From NCBI RefSeq assembly GCF_006345805.1, contig NW_021836047.1, positions 1 to 26,063 of the forward strand: a DNA stretch of 26,063 nt, in the 5' to 3' direction. This document shows, in pieces, positions 1 to 10,056 of the stretch. Both the position numbers and the translations under genes were made by a program. Under the pieces are notes generated by a model. That model searched no databases and was not told the DNA's origin. It saw only the letters and a program-made list of their open reading frames with translations. The first letter of the stretch is position 1, and each line of letters begins with the position of its first letter. The DNA is from Octopus sinensis. Its lineage: Eukaryota.

Positions 1-101
1 TCCAATGGATGACAGTGTAACTCTAAAAGGAATAATGAAACTCTTGAAGTACAAAGATCTGGAAATAGGGCCTGCTCAAATGAGAAGCTTGAAGACAGAA
101 A

Positions 102-290
102 TCTATTATATAAAAACCGTTCTGTCTGTCTGCGTGTGTGTCTTCTAGGATCTCGGGCATCCTCCATCAGATTGCGCTCAGATTTGATATGTAGATACCG
201 ACGGTATCAGGGCATGTGTAAGTCTTCAAAAAATTACAAAAATCGATTCCAGGTGAGAATGCGATCGATAAAGCCGTGGGAACGTGCATG
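102..290 (+). mobile_element. Possible 5' fragment of a non-autonomous Helitron
   Basis: Begins A|TCTATTATATAAAAACCGTTCTGTCTGTCTG, the typical Helitron TC 5' end followed by an AT-rich stretch and a (TCTG)n run. No convincing hairpin+CTRR 3' end found. Confidence 0.35.
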
Positions 291-830
291 TTTCTTTCCT
301 GTCAAGCTTACTTGTTTAAACCATATTTGTGTCCTCCCAGTCAACATTACTGGTACTTATCATTACTGGTACTTTAAACTCTTCGGTTGCATATTTGTGT
401 CAATAAAATCGTATTTCTTTGGAAATGAAAAAAAGTCTATCTTTACTTCTTCTTTTGCTGGTGTCTCAAATTTAGATCAAATCAGTGTTTCTCAGAGGGG
501 AGGCCTATGGATCGGTCGAACAAGTTGTTTTGAGAAAATTTGGTTTAAATGTTTGACAACTCAGCACTGTCCATTGGACGGGGAGTGTTTTGCTCATAAT
601 CACTATAGTAATAGGTGCATTCGGTATGGTTAACAGATATACAAACAAATGCATAACCAAAACACCCAAAACTTATGAATATATACAGCATACAGAAAAT
701 AGCACTGCTAGGCACCACACATATCCTATATTGAGCACTTTCCATGCAATAAAAATAGCAACCCAAAAGCAAACCACAGTACATAACCAATATACACAGA
801 GTTGTGCACAGCAGTGCAGTGAAAGCATGT

Positions 831-1038
831 AATAATAAAAACCCTCTCTTCTAAATTTTGTGAGAGGGATATAGTAGATTACACTGACCCTAGTACACAA
901 CAGGTATTTATTTTATTGAGACTGAAAGAATGAAAGACTAAGTCTATCTCAGTAGAGTTTGAACTCAGAATGTGAAGATGGATGAAGTATTACTAAGCAT
1001 TTTGTTTGATGTGGTAACAGTTCAACTATCTGGCCACC
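831..1038 (-). mobile_element. Degenerate tRNA-headed SINE, family A (Deu/Nin-like core)
   Basis: Reverse complement aligns by eye to the family A copy at 5488-5695 (TTCTGAGTTCAAA B-box region, CTTTCATTCTTTCAG core, ACCTGTTGTGTACTAGGGTC). Confidence 0.6.
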
Positions 1039-1077
1039 ATAATAATAATAATAACAATAATAATAATTATAATAATA

Positions 1078-1292
1078 ATTCTTTCTACTGGAAGCACAAA
1101 GCCTCAAATTTTGGGAAGGGATTAAATTGATTACATTAACCTCAGGGCATAACTGGTACTTATTTAATCGACCCTGAAAAGATGAAAGGCAAAGTCGACC
1201 TTGGCAGAATTTGTACTCAGAGTGTAATGGCAGATGAAATACCACTAAGCATTTAGCCCGGCATGCTAATGATTCTGCCAGCTTGCTGCCTT
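1078..1292 (-). mobile_element. tRNA-headed SINE, family A (Deu/Nin-like core)
   Basis: Reverse complement contains GGCAGAATCATTAGCATG...GGTCGACTTTGCCTTTCATCTTTTCAGGGTCGATTAAATAAGTACCAG, nearly identical to 5488-5695, and ends in an (ATT)n tail. Confidence 0.8.
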
Positions 1293-1389
1293 AATAATAA
1301 TATAATAATAATAATAATAATAATATAATAATAATAATAATAATATATAATAATAATAATGATAATAATAACAATAATAATAATAATAA
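1293..1389. repeat. (AAT)n microsatellite; further AAT tracts at 1039-1078 and 1928-1945
   Basis: Directly visible imperfect trinucleotide tract. Confidence 0.95.
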
Positions 1390-1927
1390 TGCCCTGATGC
1401 AGTACCAGACAGTGACTCTCATGGCTTCTGATCTTAACTGATTGGAATTGTTATCATGTACATTGTTTTGTTTGGGTATAAAAGATGGGCTACAGCAAAT
1501 ATTCTGCTCAATAACACAGATGTGCTTGTCAGTTGTTTGACCATAACCAGTTGAGCATGTTCCTTAGTGGCTGACAATATGTGCATCTCTGATCATGAGC
1601 AGAAGTAGTTGGGGAGCATCATAGCCATGTGTTGAGAGGGATTTTTTGGGGGTTTGAATAATTCATCTCTGGAAACATCCTTAAACAACCCTTATTCAGG
1701 GACCTTTTGAGCAGGATGGGTTACTCGACCAGAAGAAAATTCTAACTGGGCCCGACCTGCAAGATCATGCGCTGTTTATCTTGATATGAGATCACTATGT
1801 CACGTACATATGGTTGTGATGCATGTGCCTGTTGTACCTTATCAGATAGGTTGTCATGATGGATATACTGGGCATCGTATATTTTACCCCAGTGTCACTT
1901 TGATGGCATGCACTGCTCTCTCACTCA
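1390..1927. mobile_element. ~540-bp non-coding dispersed-repeat-like element inserted in an (AAT)n tract
   Basis: Higher-GC complex block with sharp AAT-repeat flanks on both sides, TG...CA termini and an internal GGTATAAAAG. I recall this as an abundant Octopus repeat; not verified by search. Confidence 0.55.
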
Positions 1928-1945
1928 ATAATAATAATAATAGTA

Positions 1946-2161
1946 ATCCTTACTACTAAAGGTACACAGCTTGAAATTTGGGGGTGGGGGAAGTCAGTTG
2001 CATCGACCCCAGAATGTAACTGGTATTTATTTCAGTGACCCCCAAAATGATGAAAGACAAAGTTGACCTTGGTGGAAATTGAACCCAGAACATAAAGACG
2101 GATGAAGTGCTGCTTAGCATTTTGCCCAGAATGCTAATGATTCTGCCAGCTCGATGCCTTA
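1946..2161 (-). mobile_element. tRNA-headed SINE, family A
   Basis: Reverse complement matches family A: GAGCTGGCAGAATCATTAGCATTCTGGGCAAAATGCTAAGC...GGTCAACTTTGTCTTTCATC. Confidence 0.75.
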
Positions 2162-2292
2162 ATTAATAATGATAATAATAATGATAATGGTGATAATAAA
2201 CATTCCAAATTTTGGCACAAGTCTTTCTCAAATCACATCATACTATCTTAAATGAAAAAGACTATGTCTGAAAATGAATGTAGGCATTGAGA

Positions 2293-2362
2293 TACACACA
2301 CACACACACATGCACACACACACACAGACACACACACACACACATACACACACACATACACA
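2293..2362. repeat. (CA)n microsatellite
   Basis: Directly visible. Confidence 0.95.
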
Positions 2363-2375
2363 ACATCATCATCAT

Positions 2376-2990
2376 TTAGGAAGGTGGTATCTGTGCTCTC
2401 CTCCCAGGAACACAACCAAACTGCATCTCATCTAGTTTAATTTTATTCCTAATCAATTGAGCTATAATCCTTTCAGTAACTTTCATGACCTTGTCCAGCA
2501 GTTTGATACCTCTGTAGTTCATTCTCTCTAAGTCCTTACCTTTACACTTGTAGTAGCTCTCTATAATACAACTACACCAGTCAAGGGAGATGACGTATTC
2601 CTGAATAACCCGATTAACTATGAGAGCGACTAAGATGTATCCCACAATGCCAGATATTTTAACCATCTCTGCAGTGACACTCAATGGTCCAGGGGCTTTT
2701 CCTGCCTTCATATCCTTAATTGCCTTATCTATTATACTGCTATCAACTCTGATGGCTGGTCCCTGAGTTGATTCAATGTTTGAAAGATTCTCCTTCTCCC
2801 CTTCATTTTCCACATTCAACAAACTTTCACCGTGGAACCTCCATGCATCTTTCTTTTCTGAGTCACTAAGTGCAAGCATATACCATTTATCTACCACATC
2901 TTTATTCTCTCTGATACACTGCCTTTGAAATCCTGAACACCTCATGGCTCTGATCCTCACGCAGCATAACATTGGCAAACCTCTCACTCT
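2376..2990 (-). pseudogene. RTE-clade LINE ORF fragment (linker plus N-terminal reverse transcriptase), truncated at both ends
   Basis: Translation contains AIKDMKAGKAPGP, AEMVK, DWCSCIIESYYKCKGKD, NYRGIKLL and EMQFGCVPGR. These match the non-LTR RT pre-domain motifs KAPGPDG, YRGI(S/K)LL and QFGF.PGR. It stops before the YADD domain. Confidence 0.9.
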
Positions 2991-3275
2991 CTGCTACTCC
3001 TTTTGCTAAGTTTACTTCTAATATAGGATAAAATTTTTTCAAAAAAATTTATCGTATTCTCTGTTGATGAAGGGAAAAATCCATTGGATTAATCCCCAAA
3101 TTGATCAATACAGAGATAATGCACTTTTAAAACAAAATTCTATAAGCTTGCTTTCCTCAATTCAGCACAATGTGTATTTTATAGTGATGTATATTGTATG
3201 TGATGATTAACAATTTAAAGTCTATTTCAGCATATGGCTTAGAACTTTTTTCTTTTGCTCTTATTTATAATTGTA

Positions 3276-3386
<111 letters not shown>

Positions 3387-3490
3387 ATAATACATGTTTT
3401 AAAATTTTTTCTGATTTTTCTGTTTGCTAGGTTAGTGGTTTTAAATTGATGTAATAAATTAATATTCAATTTATCACCCTCACTATTTAA

Positions 3491-3496
<6 letters not shown>

Positions 3497-3570
<74 letters not shown>

Positions 3571-3580
3571 CATACATATA
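3497..3580. repeat. (TA)n microsatellite
   Basis: Directly visible. Confidence 0.97.
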
Positions 3581-4112
3581 TCAAGATGAGATGGTCACTT
3601 CTAGAATGCATTTGATCTTAAGTTTGCCCACTCAGGACTGACCTAGGGTTAATAGGCAACAACAACAAGAACACCAACAGCAACATCACCACCAGCAACA
3701 ATGACATCTATGGCCAAAGCCTTCTCTTGCCTGTTTCATCTTACTTCTCAGTACATCCACATGGGAATTAGATGATAAAACTCAAGCTTACAACATCCTT
3801 TATATAGAGACTGAAGTCAGAAGCAGTCTCTCATAATATTATTATAGGAAAAACTTGCTACTGACTACCTCCTGATGTCTAGATTTATAGCTATATTGAA
3901 CTTCAAACATACTTCCACTAATTATTATGACATAGCGAAACATTTTGCTTGTGATTGATGTTGAATTGTGAATTATCGGCAATCATGGATAAAAGATAAA
4001 TGCACAAAAGCTAATTATTTTTGATGGGCGAAAACCTGTGAGCTACACTTGTAATAAATAACATTTGCACATGATGACACGAAATTCTTCTGCTTTATAT
4101 AGCAAATTCATA

Positions 4113-4677
4113 TTGCGCGCATGCACACACACACACACAGACACACAGACAAACAGACAGACATACACACACACAGATGTACACACACATCTATATATAT
4201 ATACATATATATATATATATAGATATAGATATAGATTTATAGATATATAGATATACATATAGATAGATAGATAAACAGGTATGTGTAAATATATATATAT
4301 ATATATGCATATATATATATATATATGTATGCATGTATGTGTGTAAATATATATGTGTGTTGTGTATATATATATATATGTATTTATATATGTGTGTGCA
4401 CATGGATATATATGGATATGCATATATATGTTATTATGTATGTATGTATGTAATATTTTTATGCGTGTATGCAAATCATATCAGTGTTATTGTATTTATT
4501 CCATTGAAAATATTTCCCTTTCAAATGTGATGTGAAATTATCTTTTGTGTGTGCCGCATGTGTGTCTAATATACACACACACACACTAATGTCTGATGTG
4601 TATGTGCATTTGTGGTGTGTGTGTGTATGTGTGTGTGTGTGTATGTGTATGTTTGTGTGAGTGTGTGTGTGTGTGTA
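4113..4677. repeat. Compound (CA)/(TA)/(TG) microsatellite field
   Basis: Directly visible, with short interruptions. Confidence 0.9.
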
Positions 4678-4814
4678 ATAATTTAGAGCTAGATTGGAAG
4701 AAGGGCTTCATTACATTATTTCCAGTGGTTTTTGGTGACAATGTTTGTGGACATTCTGACGTTGTAACCTTGAGTATGCCGGTTGCTTCGGAGGAAGACA
4801 CAACACTGTCATTG

Positions 4815-5290
4815 CAATCAACACCCACCATCATTTTCATCTCATCAGCATCAACACCACCACCACCACCACCACCTCCATCATCATCACTGTTGTCTTG
4901 GCATCATCATCCTCATCACCATCGTCATCATCATCATTACCACTACTACCATCAGCAGTAGCACCACCACCATCATCATTGTTGTCGCTCTCTCCTCCCC
5001 TCCCCGCTTCCTCCTCCTCCTCTCCCCTCCTTCACTCCCCCTCCTCCTCCTTACCACCACCACCACCACCACCACCATACTCATTATAATCATCATCCCC
5101 ATCATCATCATCTTCATCTTCATCCTTGTTGTCACCACTGGTACCATCCTCCCCCTCCCCCTCCTCCTCCTCCTCCTCCCCCTCTTCATCATTCCCATTG
5201 GCAACTTCGTCACCATCATAACTGTCAATATCTTTCTCATTATCATTGTCAAACATTGTTTTATTATCAATTTCTTATCAACAATGTCAA
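4815..5290. repeat. Cryptic trinucleotide repeat (CAT/CAC/CTC/ATT mosaic)
   Basis: 3-periodic low-complexity tract producing homopolymeric ORFs in several frames. Confidence 0.9.
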
Positions 5291-5487
5291 TGGATTGCAT
5301 GCTTTGCTCATTCTAATCCTGAATCAATTTGTTCTGTGAGACCCAGCATTCTAAAAACAAAACAAAAAAAAGAAACGAACCAATTACCCACCTGAATCTT
5401 CTTTGGTCTCACTTACTCTGCCACGGGCATCTCCCACTCCACACTCTCTACCTATTCATCTGTTATAACATTAATTACCAAAACAAA

Positions 5488-6063
5488 GGTGGTGAGCTGG
5501 CAGAATCATTAGCACTTTTTCATCTCTTTACGTTCTGAGTTCAAATTCTGCCGAGGTCGACTTTGCCTTTCATCCTTTCGGGGTCGATTAAATAAGTACT
5601 AGTTACGCACTGGGGTCGATATAACCGACTTAATTCCTTTGTCTGTCCTTGTTTGTCCTCTCTGTGTTTAGTCCCCTGTGGGCAATAAAGAAATAAGAAT
5701 CATTAGCACGCTGGGCAAAATGTTTAGCGCTTTTTCATCTCTTTACGTTCTGAGTTCAAATTCTGCTGAGGTCGACTTTGCCTTTTGTCCTTTCGGGGTT
5801 GATAAATTAAGTACTAATTGACTGGCTCCCTTCCCCAAAATTTCAGGCCTTGTGCCTAGAGTAGAAAAGAATCGTTAGCTCACTGGGTGAAATACTTAGC
5901 AGCATTTCGTCCTTCTTTATGTTCTGAGTTCAAAATCTGCTGAGGTCAGCTTTGCCTTTCATCTTTCTGTGGTTGATTAAACCAGTTACACACTAGGCTC
6001 AATGTAATTAACTTAATCCCTTCCCCCACTAAATTTCAGGCCTTGTACCTACAGTAGAAAGGA
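5488..6063 (+). mobile_element. Head-to-tail trimer of family A SINEs (5488-5695, 5696-5867, 5868-6063)
   Basis: Three successive copies of AGAATC(A/G)TTAGC...TTCTGAGTTCAAA...GAGGTC(G)ACTTTGCCTTT. The core CCTTTCATCCTTTCGGGGTCGATTAAATAAGTAC resembles the Deu/Nin SINE domain. Confidence 0.9.
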
Positions 6064-6513
6064 TTAATTTCCTGAACAACCCATCACCTGATGGCCATTG
6101 GGCTTGACTGGAGATTTAACATTGAGTAATGCTTTCAGAAGATTCCATTCTGTTGCAAAATATTCAAGCCAAGCATAAACCAAGCGATTAACTTGGTCAC
6201 TGAATGTAAAATGATATTCTGTGGCCAAGATACCGATCACGTGATTCATAAATATTCATGATTTATGATACTTTTTGAAAACCACTGACAAAACAAACAA
6301 ACTAATAGCCTCTAAGAAATTATAATACATAAAATGTTTAATTAATAGTCAAATGTTTTGTTCTTATATACATAAATATTTTAGTAAACAAAACAACCTG
6401 ACAGATTTCCATATGAAATATTCTACTCTGTTGTTTACGTCAAATATAACTAATAGCAAATCTTATCGACAAAGTTCATATTTCTTTTTAACTGTAATTC
6501 ATATATTGGTACA

Positions 6514-6615
6514 GAAATGGCTGTGTGGCTAAGGAATTTAAGAAATTCTATTTGCCACCTTGTGGTTGCATGTTTTATTCTGTAACGCGATAATTTCAGT
6601 GTCTCCTAATATGGC
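6514..6615 (+). mobile_element. Highly degenerate head of family B SINE
   Basis: ATGGCTGTGTGG...TGTGGTTGC...AGTGTCTCCTAATATGGCT parallels the family B head ...AAGTGTCTTCTACTATAGCC. Confidence 0.4.
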
Positions 6616-6750
6616 TGTTCTTCTTATTCCCAAATCTCACCTGTCTCCAAATAAGGTAATATTTTCTCATTGTCAGACAAGTTCTTGAGGAATATCGGAA
6701 ATGAATGATACTAGTTGTATGTACGATGGTGATGCGCATTTATAATTATA

Positions 6751-6913
6751 GATGCAGGAGTGGCTGTGTGGTAAGTAGCTTGCTAACCAACCACATGGTT
6801 CTGAGTTCAGTCCCTCTGTGTGGCACCTTGGACAAGTGTCATTTACTATAGCCTAGGGCCAACCGAAGCCTTCTGAGTGGATTTGGTAGATGGAAACTGA
6901 AAGAAGCCCATCG

Positions 6914-6956
<43 letters not shown>

Positions 6957-7158
6957 TTGTGTTTGTCCCCCACCATCGCTTGACAACAGATGTTGGTGTG
7001 TTTATGTCTGTGTAACTTAGCAGCTCAACAAAAGAGACCAATAGAGTAAGTACTAGGCTTACAAAGAATAAGTCCTGGGGAACGGTTTGTTCGACTAAAG
7101 GTGGTGCTCCAGCATGGCCACAGTCAAATGACTGAAGCAAATAAAAGAATACAAGAAT
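6751..7158 (+). mobile_element. tRNA-derived SINE, family B (internal TA/TG microsatellite)
   Basis: A-box-like TGGCTGTGTGG, B-box-like GTTCAGTCC, then GGCACCTTGGACAAGTGTC, an internal (TA)n(TG)n, and a tail CCAGCATGGCCACAGTC...AAATAAAAGAAT. Confidence 0.9.
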
Positions 7159-7167
7159 ATGTACATA

Positions 7168-7330
7168 GATGCAGGAGTGGCTGTGTGGTAAGTAGCTTGC
7201 TAACCAACCACATGGTTCTGAGTTCAGTCCAACTGTATGGCACCTTAGGCAAGTGTCTTTTACTATAGCCTTGGGCAGACCTAAGCCTTGTGAGTGGATC
7301 TGGTAAACAGAAACTGAAAGAAGCCCATCG

Positions 7331-7362
<32 letters not shown>

Positions 7363-7598
7363 AGTCTGTCTATCTGTGTGTGTGTGCTTGTGTGTGTGTC
7401 TGTGTTTGTCCCCACTGCCATCACTTGACAACCGATGTTGGTGTGTTTACATCCCCGTAACTTAGCAGTTCAGCAAAGGAGTCCTATAGAATAAGTACTA
7501 AGCTTACAAAGAATAAGTCCTGGGGTTGATTTGTTCGAATATAGGGGATGCTCCAGCATGGCTGCAGGCATTACTGAAACAAATAAAAGAATAAAAGA
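7168..7598 (+). mobile_element. tRNA-derived SINE, family B; direct tandem copy
   Basis: Begins GATGCAGGAGTGGCTGTGTGGTAAGTAGCTTGCTAACCAACCACATGGTTCTGAGTTCAGTCC, identical to the head at 6751, and has the same body and tail. Confidence 0.9.
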
Positions 7599-7639
7599 GT
7601 TATGCCATTTCAACATGGGGAGGCACCAGCCGTAATGTA

Positions 7640-7846
7640 TACACTTACACACACACACACACACACAATATCCATATGTATAACGGCTTCTTTCAGTTTC
7701 TATCTACCAAATCCATTCACAAGAATTTGGTCAACCAGGGGCAATGGTAGAGGACAGTTGCCAAAAAGTGACATGCAGCAAGACTGAACCCAGAACCCTG
7801 TTGTTGAGAAGCAACTTCTTGCTACCAAGCCACACCTACACCTACC
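7640..7846 (-). mobile_element. Family B SINE, 5' half, inverted relative to 6751-7598
   Basis: Reverse complement: GTGTGGCTTGGTAGCAAGAAG...GGTTCTGGGTTCAGTC...GGATTTGGTAGATAGAAACTGAAAGAAGCC. Confidence 0.8.
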
Positions 7847-7854
7847 ATATATAC

Positions 7855-7897
7855 TACATACATACATAATACATACATACATACATACATACATACA

Positions 7898-7928
<31 letters not shown>

Positions 7929-7981
7929 GTACGTACATACATACATACACACACACACACATACATACATACATACATACA

Positions 7982-8012
<31 letters not shown>

Positions 8013-8081
8013 GTACGTACATACATACATGCATACATACATACATACATACATACATGCATACATACATACATACATACA

Positions 8082-8112
<31 letters not shown>

Positions 8113-8216
8113 GTACGTACATACATACATGCATACATACATACATACATACATACATGCATACATACATACATACATACATACATACATACATACATAC
8201 ATACATACATGCATAC
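7855..8216. repeat. (TACA)n tetranucleotide array with recurring variant units
   Basis: Directly visible; it explains the MYVC/HTYI ORFs. Confidence 0.97.
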
Positions 8217-8769
8217 AAACACACGCCCACACACAGATACACGCATATATACATGTGTATGTGCTTGTGTGTCATTATGTGTGTGTGTGTATATGCTCGT
8301 GTGTATATGCATGTGTGTGGGTGTGTGTGTGTGTGCATGTGTATGTGTGTGGTTTAGTCAAAATGGCTTATAATAAGCTACAAGCGCTAGGTTGAAGTAG
8401 CTAACATTTAAATTGGCCATTCAGTACTCTAAAGATTTCTCTACAAGAAATATTCCTGCTGGAAAGATAATATTAGATATTTTACATGACTAACAGTTCT
8501 GGAGACTTTCATGGCATTATGAGATCCATGAAGCATCTCCAAGAAAGTAAGAAAGCAAATAAATAAACAACTTTGCCTTCACCTAATAACCTATTGCGAT
8601 TCTTTTGAATTTTAATTGATGCTAAAGATCATGAAAGTAGCATTTATGGCTGACCTTTAGGTTTGTATATTTAATTTTGTTCCTCTTAAACAGGATTCCA
8701 CAATCATACGCTTACGCATACATACTCACCTTTGCATGGCATACATAAACTCACGCACAGAAGCATATA

Positions 8770-8773
8770 AATG

Positions 8774-8804
<31 letters not shown>

Positions 8805-8849
8805 GCACACACACACTCACACATATATATATATAGATGTATATATATA

Positions 8850-8887
<38 letters not shown>

Positions 8888-8910
8888 CTTATATACGTAT
8901 ACATATATAC
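8770..8910. repeat. (TA)/(CA) microsatellite
   Basis: Directly visible. Confidence 0.92.
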
Positions 8911-9224
8911 ATACACCCCCCACACATACAATTAATGTAAACAGCAGTTTGCAATGTTTCACCAAAAAAAAAATTACAAATGTCACTAAATGTGACTAGG
9001 GTGCTAGGAAATACCTACATTGCTAGAAATAAGAGCTAAACTGCTCTAATGCAGCAATTAATGCACATGAATGAACACATATACACTAAAAGGTTAACAG
9101 GGACCATAATTGTCCGCAAAGTACTGATCAAGAATTCTTAAAACTGATACATCAGTTTCAGCAATTTCCATTGCTTCATCAGTGAAGGCAACACAATTGT
9201 TCAGCTCTTATATATATATATATA

Positions 9225-9709
9225 GTTGTGGCCGGTGCCAGTGCCACCTGACTTACACCCATGGTGGTGACACGTAATAAGCATCATTCAAACATGGGTT
9301 GATGCCAGTTCCACCTGACTGGCTTTCCATGCTGGTGGCATGTAAAATGCACCATCCGAATGTGATCGAAGCCAGTTCCCCCCACCCCCAAGCACTAGCT
9401 CTTGTGCCAGTGGCACGTAAAAAGCACCATCCAAACATAGTCGATGCCTGTGTCACCTCACTGGCTTCTGTGCCTGTAGCACGTAAAAAGCACCCACTAC
9501 ACTCTCAGAGTGGTTGGCGTTAGGAAGAGCATCCAGCTGTAGAAACTTTGCCAAATCAGATTGGAGCCTAGTGCAGCCTACTGGCTTGCCAGTCCCCATT
9601 CAAACCGTCCAAACTATGCTAGTATGGAAAACGGACGTTAAACGATGATGATGATGAGGAGGAGGAGGAGGAGGAGGAGGATGATGATGATGATGATAAT
9701 GATGATGAT
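9225..9709 (+). mobile_element. Family C retroposon 3' part (Meta-like core, internal ~55-70 bp repeats, (GAT)n tail)
   Basis: Repeated GGCACGTAAAAAGCACC units, core GAGTGGTTGGCGTTAGGAAGAGCATCCAGCTGTAGAAAC, end GGACGTTAAACGATGATGATG expanding into (GAG)n(GAT)n. Meta assignment is from remembered consensus. Confidence 0.8.
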
Positions 9710-9711
9710 AC

Positions 9712-10017
9712 ACAATTGAACTTTTATTTAAAGCTGCAAAATTATCATAAAATCTTACTCAGAGTTTCACATTCCCGTTCATTAGATGGTTGTGATGAAA
9801 ACTGAATATTACTCTACCTCCAGTATTCAAGAATAATTTTCCCCTTAGTTTTGCCGATATGTGCTCACCAGCAATATATATATATATATGTTTCCGACAA
9901 AGAGCTCCGCTCGAAACGTTAAACCTCCTTCTTTCCTTCTTTCCTGAGCGTCCAATAATACTATATTTGTTCCACGTCCTCGCGTTGTTGTGTTTTTATG
10001 TGCTTTCTTGTTTGGAT

Positions 10018-10022
<5 letters not shown>
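9712..10022. mobile_element. Probable Penelope-like-element terminal repeat (pLTR-like) with degenerate hammerhead-like motifs
   Basis: Two NNGANGA/stem/GAAAC-type motifs on opposite strands (see findings). Lies 3' of a minus-strand GIY-YIG relic and is followed by (TA)n. Confidence 0.5.

Positions 10023-10055
<33 letters not shown>

Positions 10056-10056
<1 letters not shown>

Noticed and set aside
842-893. CCCTCTC...GAGAGGG hairpin plus CTAG|T as the 3' end of an ~800-bp Helitron starting at 102
   Set aside because: This stretch aligns with the 3' body of the family A SINE (CCCCAG mutated to CCCTAG), so the end is coincidental. The minus-strand 'acceptor' TTTAG at about 852 is SINE-derived for the same reason.
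6064-6249. ORF MNHVIGILATEYHF...
   Set aside because: Short, no recognisable motif, weak donor; compatible with chance.
6600-6655. 56-bp plus-strand exon (TTTCAG|...AAG|GTAATA), SPNMAVLLIPKSHLSPNK
   Set aside because: The acceptor lies within a degenerate family B SINE head, and there is no recognisable product.
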